Shown here in pieces: positions 14,701 through 27,448 of a stretch of 64,000 nt of DNA (its first letter is position 1; each line of letters opens with the position of its first letter). The position numbers and the translations under genes are program-made. The notes beneath the pieces are model-generated. The model was not told the DNA's origin, did no database searches, and worked only from the letters and a program-made list of their open reading frames with translations. Origin of the DNA: Octopus sinensis (taxonomy: Eukaryota); contig NC_043005.1 in the NCBI RefSeq assembly GCF_006345805.1, positions 66,650,001 through 66,714,000 on the forward strand, in the 5' to 3' direction.

Positions 14701-15360
14701 AGAAGGGAGAATATGAATGGGTGTAAATATAGCTATGAAGGGGCTGATTAGTAATGGATTCTATGGAGTGTAGTATTTGTGTGTGTTATATATTTTTTTT
14801 TTTATTCTAAAGTTGAGGTATATTAATTGTTTGTCGTAGACCCGTTAAGAAGTGGCTGTATTTTGTAATAAAGAGATTTTCTTTACTTATTCTTTGTCTC
14901 GAGGTTGTATCGTCCTAAATTGGTAGAGGGGGAAAATTCTGAAGTTTGGTGTTTTTTTGTTGGTGCAAGTATCTATGTGTTGGCTAAAAGCTATTTTTCT
15001 GTTTTGGGGAATTTTTATCTGGGATCTGTGCAAGGCCATTCGTTTACGCAAACCATTTTTGTTTGGCCTATGTACTGCTCTTGACACCCGGAGCAGGTTA
15101 GTGAGTATATTAGGTTCTCCGAAGCACATGTGAAGTTGCTTTTCACTGTAAACCGTTGTCCCTGTTTGAAGGAGAACTCAGAACCCTCGATTAGATAGTC
15201 GCATATCCCGCAATTGGGTCTTCCACATTTTTTACTGTCGGCTTCTGTGTTGAAGAGTGAATTCGGGTTTGTGTAAGGAGACTTTTCATGGATCTAGGCT
15301 GTCATTTGCTTTTTATGATCGTGTGTGTTTGGAGGATTGTGTTCATTCTGTGGTCTTTTT

Positions 15361-16836
15361 TTAGGAGGGGTGGATTGTTGTGGAGGATGGCGAAGCTTCG
15401 TTATTGAGAGGGTTGTGTGTGGAGATGTATGGTAAGGCTTTTGGTTGTAAGTTTTTCTTTGATTTGGGATGTCTCAGTTCCTTGATGTTAAGTTGAAGGG
15501 CACGTTGAATGCACTTGTCAATAAGTGAAGGTGGATGGTTCCTGGTGATTAGGGTATCTTTTAGTTCTTGTAGTCGTGTGTCTCTGGTGTTTGCGTTAGA
15601 GACTATAGTGCATATCCTTTTTGCTAGATTGAAGGGGATATTCATCCTGGTGTGTCTGGGGTGGCATGAATTGAATGGAAGATATTGCTTAGAGTCTGTA
15701 GGCTTATAGTATATGTCTGTTTCTATTATATTATTAGCTTTCTTAATGAGGATATCGAGGAAGGGGAGTTGTTGTTGGCTATATTCCATCGTGAATTGGA
15801 TGTTTACGTCCAGTCCGTTTAAAATTTTCTGGAATTCTATGAGTTTTTCTATATTTTTATGCCAAAGGATGAAACAGTCATCTAGATATCTCTTCCAGTT
15901 GTTTTCTATGTAGATGGAGAAAGGGCTGCCATATCTTTCTAGAACCTTACGATACAGACTGATCTCTAGGTATTCTATGACTAGGTTGGCAAAGGAGGGG
16001 GCCATTCGTATACCCATCGCAGTCCCCGATTTTTGTCGGTAGAAGTTGTCATTGAAGGCGAAGAAGTTATTTTCCAGGATGAATTTAACCCCTTCTATCA
16101 CAAATTCTTTTTTGATGCGGTGTGGTAGTTCGTTGGCGTGATTCTCTAGCCAGAATTGGATTGCCTCTAGTCCTAGGTTGTGGGGGATATTGGAGTAGAG
16201 GTTGACTACATCGAAGGATACCAGTATGGTGTTTTTGTTTATAGTATTCGGTAGGTGATTGAGCATATCTAAGTCGTCCCTTATATAGCTTTTGACTTGT
16301 TTGAGGAGTGGTTTTAACAGGGTGTCTAAAAAGTTACTGAGGCGGTGGGTTTCGCATGCGGGACCTGCTATTATGGGTCTCAATTTGAGGTCATTAGGAT
16401 TAGGGACTTTAATTATTTTGTCTGTAGCTATCTTGCATGCGTTGCTTATTTTTTCACTTTTGTGGATCTTAGGTATACCGTAGAATTGGCTAGTTTTACT
16501 TGTGAAATTGGTCAGATAATCATATTCTTTGTCGGTGAGCCCTGCTTTGTATGGGTTTAATATGGATTTTAGTTCCCTCATTATTTTTTGTTGACTGTAG
16601 TTTTGTGCCTTTTCATAGTATGTTGTGTCTTCCAGCATAGAAAGTACCAAAGTTATGTAAAATGTCGTATCCATTAAGACAACAGCACTCCCTTTATCGG
16701 CCTCTTTGATTGTTATTGTTTTATCTAGTTTTAATTTGTTCAACTCAGCCCATTCTTTTTTGCTGAAGTTTGGTTTGTGTTTTTGTTTGTGCATATGTTT
16801 ATATGGGTAATTTGATATGTGGTCATTAATCATCAA
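15361..16836 (-). CDS. Penelope-type reverse transcriptase, longest uninterrupted segment of a disrupted ORF
   Basis: ORF track 491 aa with the RT motifs listed above; stops upstream and a frameshift before the GIY-YIG domain. Confidence 0.85.
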   Translation of the reverse strand: MMINDHISNYPYKHMHKQKHKPNFSKKEWAELNKLKLDKTITIKEADKGSAVVLMDTTFYITLVLSMLEDTTYYEKAQNYSQQKIMRELKSILNPYKAGLTDKEYDYLTNFTSKTSQFYGIPKIHKSEKISNACKIATDKIIKVPNPNDLKLRPIIAGPACETHRLSNFLDTLLKPLLKQVKSYIRDDLDMLNHLPNTINKNTILVSFDVVNLYSNIPHNLGLEAIQFWLENHANELPHRIKKEFVIEGVKFILENNFFAFNDNFYRQKSGTAMGIRMAPSFANLVIEYLEISLYRKVLERYGSPFSIYIENNWKRYLDDCFILWHKNIEKLIEFQKILNGLDVNIQFTMEYSQQQLPFLDILIKKANNIIETDIYYKPTDSKQYLPFNSCHPRHTRMNIPFNLAKRICTIVSNANTRDTRLQELKDTLITRNHPPSLIDKCIQRALQLNIKELRHPKSKKNLQPKALPYISTHNPLNNEASPSSTTIHPS

Positions 16837-17282
16837 GTGTTTTATTCTTACCTTTCGAGGGGGTGTAGTTACTCCTATTTCCGGCTAACGATTCGTCCTC
16901 GTTGTATTTATCGTATAGCTCCTCAGTAAGTCTTAATTTTCTGCAGAATTCTGCGATGTCTTCTTTCATTTCATTGTAGTTGGGGTGTTGTGGGGTGGGT
17001 CTAAACTTGAGTCCTTTGGAAAGTATGTTTATTTGGTTTGCTGTTAGTTCCTTGTGAGTTAGATTAATAATTTTTATTACTTTTGGTTCCTCCTGCTTGT
17101 TTGGTGCTATCTTGTGTCTCTGTGTTTGCGTATTGGGTCTAAAAAATGAATGCGGTGGTTGGGACGGTAGCTAGTATATAGTTGTTCTTTGTTGATTAGG
17201 GGTCTCCTGTTGTGATTTATGGTGTGTGTTCTTGGAGCAGTATTGAGGAGAGCATCCCGATATCCCATATTCGGGTGTGGTG

Positions 17283-17359
<77 letters not shown>

Positions 17360-17364
17360 CATAC

Positions 17365-17408
<44 letters not shown>

Positions 17409-17540
17409 GCATGTATCTATATATATAATTTACAGAAAAACAAAAGACGAAGACATGTGTATAAATAACAGGCAGGTGTATAAGTTTGAAGTTCGGGAAG
17501 GTAAGAATCTCTTTTACATTTCGAGCCTACGCGACTGGCT

Positions 17541-17575
<35 letters not shown>

Positions 17576-17585
17576 TATATACATA

Positions 17586-17750
17586 CAACGGAATTCTTTC
17601 AGTCTCTGTCTATCAAATTCACTGAAAATTTGGTCGGCCTGAGGCTATTGTAGACGTCACTTGCTCAAAGTGACTCGTACTGGGACTTAATCTCTCACCA
17701 TGTGGTTGTAAAGCAAACTTTTTATCGCACAAACACGCCTAAAGAGAGTC
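17586..17750 (-). mobile_element. 5' half of a CORE-like SINE (degraded)
   Basis: Similar to 37950-38125. Confidence 0.6.
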
Positions 17751-18135
17751 AAATACAGATAGTATGTCTATCAATTGTTGGTAATGTCAATATATTCTCT
17801 TCAATCACTGAAACAAGAACCAAGGCTTCCTGAATTCCTTGCCTTCCGTTACACTATAAGCACTTATTGGCGTACAAACTTATTGGAAAGTACGGCTCGT
17901 AGTAAAACATCCACGGAAATAAATTAAGTATTCATCGCATTGAAATATTCTTAGTGTGAAAAAGTAATTGATGTACGGATATAATTCAGAAATAATTCTA
18001 CAGGCTGATTCATTGAATCACTGGCGCACGTAAATCATACGAACACATAACAGAAGTATATGAATGCAAGTATGCGCATGCATCGTACGCACACACACAG
18101 ATACACGCACGCACACAGACACACACACATATACA

Positions 18136-18219
<84 letters not shown>

Positions 18220-18277
18220 CATACATATATACATATACACATATATACATATATCTATCTATCTATCTATATATCTA

Positions 18278-18333
<56 letters not shown>

Positions 18334-18419
18334 CATCTATATATATATATATATATTCCTACACTTGCGTGTGTTTGTGCGTGTGTGTAGACGTAGTTAC
18401 ATATATTGTGTATATGTAT

Positions 18420-18690
18420 ATACACCTTTTTAATATTCTCCCAAAGAGTCTGAGGAACATGAACAAAGTAGATGTAGCGGTTTTTAAATCAAAGCTGGAC
18501 ATCTTCCTGTCGAGAGTCCCAGATGAACCTACCTCACGGCAAGAGGTGCAAATGAGAGTAGCTATATCAAACTCCATTCTTCACCAAGTGCCACATATTA
18601 GACGAGGTTCTTCGCAATAACAGTGTAGCACAAAACGGCGGTGCATCAGCATGGCCGCAGCTCTGAGCTGAAACCAGAGAAAAAAAATAT
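18420..18690 (+). mobile_element. 3' terminal fragment of the CR1-group LINE
   Basis: [12 protein letters not shown]...[18 protein letters not shown], matching 11044-11230; same 3' tail. Confidence 0.9.
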
Positions 18691-19568
18691 GTATATATAC
18701 AATTATAGCAATAATTTCGCTATGGAAAGGACCATATTCGGTAGAAACTTATATAAAAAGATTATTTTATATATAATTATAACAATAAGGGTTTAGCAAC
18801 ATGTTGCTTGACCACATTACCGAAAATTTTAAAAATAGTAGCCAAACAAAAATGTCTCCACAGACAACAATATTTGTAACTCACACATGGCAAAAACGAA
18901 GAAAAATAATGAAATCAAACAGTCTTCGTTTAACTATGGACACGTTTCTAGATTAGAATCATAAGATTCATTTCCGTTATCAACATAATATTTCGATAAT
19001 TATAAATCTGAAGATGCTACGAAAGCTTACCCCTTATATTTCTGACCAAGCGTCATCAGAACATATAAAAGCTAATCAGCATAAACTACTAGGTGAAATT
19101 TGTTGATTTTATTAAATTAATAATCTTTCACCCTATATCTGTAATGCGTATATACATATACACATGTATATACTATATATTTATATATATGATATGTGTT
19201 TGTATGTGTGTAAGTGTGTGTATGCATGCAGATACATTTCTACTGTCATGTGGACCCACGATCATAATGACTGTAGGTTCAATAGCACGCTCATTGTAAG
19301 TTTTGCAGTTTCAGCCTGGACCTTTATTTCACGTTACTCTACGCAGTTATGTGTGTTTGTATGCATGCATGTGTGTATTTATTATGTATATATGTATGTA
19401 TGTATGAATGTATGTATGTATGTATGTATGTATGTATGTATGTATGTATGTATGTATGTATGTATGTGTGAGTGCGTGTATGCATGTGTACACGTGCGAG
19501 TGCGTCTCAGTGTATGTATGTTTGTGCGTGCTTTTGTAAATATGTACATATACACAAAATGTATATAT

Positions 19569-19630
19569 ATAGGCGTAGGAGTGGCCGTGTGTTAAGTAGG
19601 TTGCTTGCCTACCACATGGTTCCGGGTTCA
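19569..19630 (+). mobile_element. tRNA-derived head only of a CORE-like SINE
   Basis: ataggcgtaggagtggccgtgtg...accacatggttccgggttca. Confidence 0.65.
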
Positions 19631-19772
19631 TTATGTAAATATATATATATATATATGTATAAACAATTTTCACCTTTAAAGGTATTTTAATATGATGCCA
19701 CTTTGATGAAATATTTTTGGGGAAAAAATTTTATCCTGTATTAGAAGTATATATATATATATATATATACAG

Positions 19773-20021
19773 GAGAGTACTACATTAGCCCCTACCTCGC
19801 TAAATATAGAAGTCAAAAACACTTCTGTGTCACAGAATAGGCACAAATCTACTACAGGCATTGTAGGAAAATATTCCAGTTAACATTATAAAGGTTTTAC
19901 CTCTACTAAGTTAGCACATCAACTTGGTACTGGTTCCGAAATTAGACTTGAGACTATTCTGTGGCACAGAAATACTTTTTACTTCTAATTTTAGCAATGT
20001 ATGTGCTCATGTAGTACCCTC
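19773..20021. mobile_element. MITE-like element with imperfect inverted repeats of about 68 bp
   Basis: 19773-19840 is the reverse complement of 19954-20021 with scattered mismatches. Confidence 0.6.
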
Positions 20022-21171
20022 ATATGTGTGTGTGTGTGTGTGTGTGCATGTGTGTGTATATGAGTGTGTGTATGTACATATCTTATATTGTATGTATATA
20101 TTGTATTAATTTGCTTGTACGGCTGATTATTCGCTTGCCTCTCGTGATGCTATTTTAAAAATACCACCTTTCTTATATTTATTTATAAATATATTTAACT
20201 ATTTAGTTACTCATTCAATATATATGTATAGATACCTGTACATGTATTTATGCATGTTTGTGCGTGTGTTTGTTTGTGTGTGTACGATGTGACATATTGA
20301 AATTATCTCTGCTATAAGCACTTCTAAATGAGAAGATGGCTTGAGGACAGAAAAAAATATCTGATTATCTGTAGGCAAAGGGACAACGGTGGAAATGTGT
20401 TTGTTGCTCAGTACATGCCATCAGTACAGCAGCTATTTTAGTTTATCTCCATCCTTCAAATGCATGTTAATAGTGCATCTGAATTGTATTCGTTAGCTCA
20501 TTTTGATTTCACATATGCAAGTTATCTAGGCCGTATGTGTTCTGTTCTTTCTGGTTTATATCTCTAATGTTCTGTTTCCTGGAAATAAGGTAAGAAATCT
20601 GCTGTGCTAATGACAACCACTGAGGCAGATTTACGAATCTGCGGTGTCTTCAAACAGTCAGACCTACTTTTCATGTTAGTGATGTCAATTTTGGAGAATT
20701 CTTACTTCTTGATATCAAATCACTTCCTTAATTGAATTTTGCCCAACTGCCACATATCAGTTGTCTCTTTAAGAAATATTTTCATTAAAGCAAGAATTTA
20801 TATTCAGTGGTATTTCATATAACTTTATTCATCTTAGTTGCTCACGTACCTACTGCTTGTCACGTTGGGTTTTCCCTTTGCTGATTGTAGCTTCCATTAT
20901 ATTATGTGTACACAGAGATTCCCCATCTTAGCACAAACAAACCTATTAATGCCAGAAAAATTTATTGCCTTAAAACCACTTCTGAATACACTGGCTGTTG
21001 CCAAAATTTTATTATTGGCATTTCTGTCCAATATACTCCACGGGAATTAATACTCCCTGATACCAATACGTTGATATATGGATATTCTGACACTGACTCA
21101 TTCGCTATAATCAAATTGAAGACTGTCGAAATTCGGACCCATCCGTTGTTACTTCATATTACCACCTAGAT

Positions 21172-21434
21172 CAGTGGATCTCAACCACATTTTATCTATG
21201 ATTACTATTTCATTCTAGTGGATCCCCTGAGCTATTCGGTGCTTAAAAAGTAGTTTCAAAATTATCAAGTTTTCACTTGTGTGGGTTGAACTTTGTAAAA
21301 TTTTAGACAAAGAAACCTACCTGTAGGCTTTAAAATAATATCGTGGACCCCCAATTAACTATTTTGTTGAGTGAATCCCCAAAAATCTTATATGGACACT
21401 CAGGTGCCATATGCACCTCGACTGAGAACCCCTG
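21172..21434. mobile_element. hAT (Charlie-like) MITE
   Basis: Ends CAGTGGATCTCAACC / GACTGAGAACCCCTG; exact 8-bp TSD ACCTAGAT at 21164-21171 and 21435-21442. Confidence 0.9.
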
Positions 21435-22267
21435 ACCTAGATGATTCAATCTCATTAATTATTTAAGTCCAAACTAAACGTATACTTAATGCGGAATTTA
21501 GAAGGCATTGTGATATTGCCTCAACCTAATCTATGGAATTATCATAATAGCTCATCAGCATCCAAGGAAAAAACTATCATACTTAATAAAATTGTTTCCT
21601 ATGCACGTAAAATATGCATACCTATATGCATCTATTCATACTTCAAGTATTAATGGAGTCATTCGGCATTCTTTTCTTCTGAAACTCTACGAAAAGAAAT
21701 ACAGATGTGTATTCGTAGTTTCGGCTTCGGCAAAGAAATCGATATTAATAAATTTAAGGAAGAAAATAGTCAGAATAAAATAGTAGCAAACGCATATGTA
21801 TTTTTGTTCTAATCAGATATTACTTTCGTCAGATTTAGCCAATTTCTAACCACTTTTGCAACAATCAGCTGGAAATATTGCATAGCTGAACTTTTGTTCG
21901 CGATAGAATTTTCAAAGCAAAGAAATCATAATAATCTATAATATGCGGAAAGACGAAAATAGGTGATCAAATGCATCGGAAAAACAAAAAAACCTAATTA
22001 AGAGCAAAGAATTAATATTTATGGGAAATTTGATATTTAATGCTTGGAGTAATTGGTGTTATAGGGAAAAAAAATGACCTAAAATTAATAATGCAATATT
22101 ACCAAGAAATTTACACTTTATATACATATAATATAATCTCAGCTCAAGAAATATCATATATCTAAATGTAATATATATTCTTTTTTAGTCACGAAAAAAC
22201 AGTAGTGCTCATAATCGTTTGCGCAGCTTCCTGGACTTGTGGGAGGAAGTAGGAACTTCCCAAATTA

Positions 22268-22860
22268 AAAGGCGGCGAGCTGGCAGAAACGTTAGCACGT
22301 CGGGCGAAATGTTTAGCGGTATTTCAGCTGCCGTTACGTTCTGACTTCAAATTCCGCCGAGGTCGACTTTGCCTTTCATCCTTTCGGGGTCGATAAATTA
22401 AGTACCAGTTACGCACTGGGGTCGATGTAATCGACTTAATACATATGTCTGTCCTTGTTTGCCCCCTCTATATTTAGCCCCTTGTGGGTAATAAAGAAAT
22501 AGGTATTTCGTCCGCTGCTACGTTCTGAGTTCAAATTCCGCCGAGGTCGACTTTGCCTTTCATCCTTTCGGGGTCGATAAATTAAGTACTAGTTACGCAC
22601 TGGGGCCGATGTAATTGACTTAATCCGTTTGTCTGTTCTTGTTTGTCCCCTCTGTGTTTAGCCCCTTGTGGGTAGTTAAGAAACAGAAATAGGTATTTCA
22701 TATGCCGCTACGATCTGAGATCAAATTCCGCCGAGGTCGACCTTGCCTTTCATCCCTTCGGGATCGATAAATTAAGTACCATTTGCGTACTGGAATCGAT
22801 CTAATCGACTGGACCCCTCCCTCAAAAATTCGGGCTGTGTGTCTAGGGTAGAAAAGTATT
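22268..22860 (+). mobile_element. tRNA-headed SINE (second family) with its body in three tandem copies
   Basis: Head with A/B-box-like motifs; units start at 22318, 22502 and 22692, each with gcctttcatcc..cggggtcgataaattaagtac. Confidence 0.85.
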
Positions 22861-23469
22861 CTTAAGCCAAGGCTCTAGCTCAAATGCCCACCATAGCATG
22901 GACTCTGGTTTTTGCAACCAAATGCATTTGGTTTGGGTGTGGAACTACACAACAAACAGAGTCTGCTGCAAATGAAGCCGACCATGCCAGTATTAACTCA
23001 GTTCGCAGGAATCAGACCAAGTTGCACAAAGCAATTAATTCGACATCCTAATGAATCTGGTAATCCATCAACACACACACACATATGCGCACGCGCACAC
23101 GCACACACACAAATATATACACGCACACACACACACGTACGTACGCACGCACACACACACATGCCACACACACAGTAGTTAAATAAATGGCATGGAACAA
23201 GAAATTATGTAACGAACTTCATTAGCTTACGGCTTTTTCGGCTATATGATGCAGCACATTCATAGTTGAATGCTTGTGTATCACCTTATGGCTTCAATGG
23301 AGCAGAAAAAATGAAGAACTAGACTTCATTTTGGAAGCTCCCGACGAATCTATATGGTGATACACAGGCACTCAACCATGAATGCATTGCATCTTGTAGC
23401 GGAAATGCTGTAGGCTAGTGAAGCTGGTTACATAATTTCTTTTTCCCTTGTTATCTATTTAATGTTTTA

Positions 23470-23602
23470 CTAGCAGTATAACCCGGCTTTACCCCGGATT
23501 AAGTTAGGATTATTAAGATAATCAAGTTCTTTATTTGAAACCGAACTAAGTAACATCGACGTCAAATTTGGGCGAAATCCGTTGAAATTGGTTTATATAT
23601 AT
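23470..23602 (-). mobile_element. Short non-autonomous Helitron 3' end
   Basis: Minus strand ccggggtaaagccgggttatactgCTAG|T; same terminus as 59663-59690. Confidence 0.6.
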
Positions 23603-23603
23603 A

Positions 23604-23898
23604 ATGGCCCAGTGGTTAGGGCAGCGGACTCGCGGTCGTAGGATCGCGGTTTCGATTACCAGACTGGGCGTTGTGAGTGTTTATTGAACAAAAACACCTA
23701 AAGCTCCACGAGGCTCCATCAGGGGGTGGTGGCGATCCCTGCTGTACTCTTTCGCCACAACTTTCTCTCACGCTTTGTTCTGTTGGCCTGCTCGCTTAGC
23801 CAGTGGGGTGGCGTCATTTGGAGGCGAAAACAATGCGAAGCGCATTGTGACCAGCGATGTGTAGCAAAATCTGATAGCCTGGTCGGTCACGGTGATAT
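23604..23898 (+). mobile_element. tRNA-Arg-like SINE (third family)
   Basis: A box tggcccagtggttagg, TCG anticodon-like loop, B box ggtttcgattacc, then a non-tRNA body ending in (TA)n. Confidence 0.75.
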
Positions 23899-24916
23899 AT
23901 ATATATATATGGGCGACACAGACACACACACACACACACACACACACGTACACACGTACGTACGTACACCCATTGCATACATGTTTTTTGTACGCATACA
24001 TGTTCGTGTGTGTGTGTTGCCCGTATATCAACAAAACACTTTTTTCCTCGATGGAAAAAAATAAACAACAAAAGTTTTAACAAAAACTTACTCGTCGTTA
24101 GAAGGGAACTTAACTCCTGTTTGCAAACAATGGTGATTTCTCCGACTTGAAAATTGTTAAAAGTTTTGGTTGATAATTTATATTTACTGCTATTCGCTGG
24201 TGCCTCTGGGAAAAATAAGTTGACGAAAACACAGCTAAGGCCATAACGAATGTCCTCCTACAATTGGAGCGACATGCGTGCTAATTTGTGGACGTGCTTA
24301 AATTACATTCACGTACACACACAGATACGCACACATACGCACACATACACACACACATCCTAATTACACGGCTAATTAATGCTTTGATACGAAGAATACG
24401 TATAGTGAGTTCTAATACCAGGTACCCCTGTGCCTAATCTGAATGTGTGTGTGTGTGTGCGTGTGCGTGTGCGTGTATGTGTGTTTGCGTGTATGTGTGT
24501 GTGCGTGTATGTGTGTGTGTGTGTTTGTATCCACATATCCATTACTGTTTCTCCATTTGGTTCTCTTTCAAAAACCTCTTGTACCCTTCTGCACACATAA
24601 CAGGCGCGCATTCACAAGTTTGTTAACAGCTACTCCGAATTTCTTCCACAAATATTCAGCACCATACGAAGGTGTCAGAAATTTATATATAACGCTGGTA
24701 GATATTGTAATATGCATATTCATATTTTTATGACATCTCAGTAATTACACAATATATATTTTATACACAAAAAATCATGAAAATGTTTTTGATGTATCAA
24801 AGTTTCTTTCACAGTCAGTAAGCGATTTATTTCTCTAATTCAGCTTAAACGCTTATGTATGCAAATTAATTTATCCAATCTACAAAAAAACTGATATATT
24901 TCAATTCTTGTATATA

Positions 24917-25230
24917 AGGGGCAGTCAAGTTTGTGGTTAAGAAGCCTGCTTTTTAGCCACGGCGCAGTCATGTGGATAAATGTCTCCTATTGTAACATCT
25001 GGTCGACCAATGATTTGAGAGTGAATTTCATAAAACTATATAAATGTCAATCGTTATCATATTCGCCCGCTCGTAAATTTGTGTTTATCCCCTTCAAGCT
25101 TTTGGCTACCGCTGTTGGCTTGTGTCTGTCCCCGTAACTCACTGGTTCGACAAACAAAACCAGTAGAACATATGCCAAACTTAAATCGATGCTTCATCAC
25201 GGCTGCAGTGCAGTAATTGAAAGAGGTAAA
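24917..25230 (+). mobile_element. Old degenerate CORE-like SINE
   Basis: tgtggttaagaagcctgc, ccccgtaactcactggttcgacaa. Confidence 0.5.
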
Positions 25231-25587
25231 ACATAAACGAAGAACACAAGCAGATGGTAAAATATTCTCTGCTATCGATTAGGGAAGAATAGTGGATGCC
25301 TATCTTCTGACGAATAGCAAAGAGCAAATTATTCTTCGGAGACTCCCTAATCTTTTTAAAGCCTCATTGCAATAATAGAAGCTATGTATTTACATTCTTA
25401 TTAAAACTATTTTTAAATTACAAATTTATGTATACCAGTTCTTCTGCCTTACTCTCTTGAGAACAATACATACGTAAATACATACACACATACATACATA
25501 CATACATACATACATACATACATACATACATACATACATACATACATACATACATACATACATACATACATACATACATACATACAT

Positions 25588-26242
25588 AAAAAGGAATACT
25601 GGTGGAATGTCCCAGTGTAGACCTCAATAAAATGTAAGCACAACAGATCTGACATAATGATTTGGGTTAGAGAAGAGAAACTTCACAGTTGTGGAAATTA
25701 GCAGCCCAGCGGATGTTAGCATAAAACTGAAGATTGGTGAAAAAGAGAACACCTATGCTGCAGTTACTCTCACCAGATTAGAAGTTCATGTTTATACCTG
25801 TTATTATTGGGACCATGGGATATGTAAAACACTGCCTAAATACCAATCTTGAAAAATTAGACTTCTCAGAACCAGAAAACAGAAAGCTTATTCGAAGACT
25901 ACAGATCCAATCCCTCACCGGAACTGTAAAAATCTGTAAAACTTTCCAGAAGTTTATCATTTAAATATATATGAGCATGTCTATAAATGCAACTATATGC
26001 GTGTGAGTACATACGTAAAATACACAAATCTGCACATACATACATAAAAAACATACATATATGCATACATACATACGTACGCACACACATATATACATTC
26101 ATACATATATACATACATACTTACATACATACAAAAATACCCTGTTCTTGATGTTGAAATTCCAATGAAGGAGGCTTGGATCTAAGTTAGACACCGGTTC
26201 TCTGTCTATTGAGAAGAAGTCTTGAAATATACTGAATAATGA
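25588..26242 (+). mobile_element. 3' fragment of a second REL-type non-LTR family, embedded in (CATA)n
   Basis: Frame-shifted HNRSDIMIW...VEISSPADV...KENTY...FIPVIIGTMG...KICKTFQKFII*; (CATA)n at 25468-25587 and from 26243. Confidence 0.75.
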
Positions 26243-26594
26243 CATACATACATGCATGAATGCATACATACATACATACATGCATGCATGCATATATACA
26301 TACATACATGCATGGGTATATGCATACATACTTGCATACATACATACATGCATACATACATACATACATAAATACATACATACATACATACATACACACT
26401 TACATCGCCGATTGGTAACTTTTAGCCGTCTTCTAAGGGTAAATACCCAATCTTTCTCTGCCATTTTCACAGCTACATTGCGTTCGAAATTTATTTTCCT
26501 GTCTGTAAAATACCAACATATGCAGAGCTTCAAATATTTGTTTGTAATACGTTCTCATGCATATAATTACGTGTGTGTGTGTGTGTATGCATGA

Positions 26595-26653
<59 letters not shown>

Positions 26654-26910
26654 GGGTCTGTATGATTAAAGATAGAGGGATATATATTATTCAAAGAAAT
26701 TCTAACTCTGTTTTTTATGTTTTATTTATATTCTTTATAATATTAATGTAGAATATAGAATATATAGTATATATAGTAAAATGAAATGAAGTATTGATTG
26801 TCTTATTGAATAGATGAAATATTGAATATCAAATATTAAGGGACTAGTATACTTTCTTGCATTTAAGCACTCTTCAAGGTCCCAGGTTGTGACAGGAATG
26901 TGTAAATATG

Positions 26911-26951
<41 letters not shown>

Positions 26952-27448
26952 TTACACACACGCACACACATACACACACGTACACACACACGCACATACA
27001 CACACGTACACGCACAAACACAGGTATTTGTATATACAGTACGCTTGCACACAACTCACATACACTTTTCTATATCTCTCTGTGAGTATGTGTGTGTGCG
27101 TGTGCGTGTGTATGCATGTACGTGACTGTATCAACCGTATTGTTTTACTAGATCTCCCTTTGAAAAGATTTTCTGAGTAAGCCTAAGATCTGAAGTACCA
27201 ATAATTTTATAACCTGTAACCGGCACAGTCAAGGTTCAAAGACCTAACCCTCACTTAAGTTAGCTAGCTTAGTGAATATGCAGTTGACGGCATCAAATAC
27301 CTTTAATCTTAAGATCAAGGTTGCTCAAGTAGAACTCTTATCAAAAACGTTCATGCCGTAATCGTATTCTATGTTTATCAGGTATTACATTAAATAATAT
27401 CAACGTATTGACGCTAGATTGCGATTTGCCAATGATTTGGTTTATATA

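Larger units (their letters stand above)
14040..17285 (-). mobile_element. Penelope-like retroelement: RT, GIY-YIG endonuclease and 3' pseudo-LTR with a hammerhead-like motif
   Basis: 491-aa ORF 15361..16836 (LRPII, SFDVVNLY, GTAMG, RYLDDCF, LPFLD, YYKPT); N-terminal INLTHKELT..LSKGLKFRPTP; frame-shifted NLIYSLTCSGCQEQYIGQT; (TA)n at both ends. Confidence 0.93.

Noticed and set aside
14472-14726. Acidic E/D-rich ORF
   Set aside because: It is a GAA/GAT simple repeat inside the Penelope 3' region, antisense to the element.
19005-19030. CTGAAGATGCTACGAAAGCTT hammerhead-like string
   Set aside because: Stem I does not pair and stem II is 1 bp; this is expected by chance.
20330-21170. Short ORFs and a plus-strand AAG|GTAAGA donor
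   Set aside because: No open frame links an acceptor to this donor, and there is no recognisable product.
23604-23680. tRNA-like sequences here and at 46411-46496, 22268 and 19569 as tRNA genes
   Set aside because: Acceptor stems are not formed and each continues into a repeat body, so they are SINE heads.
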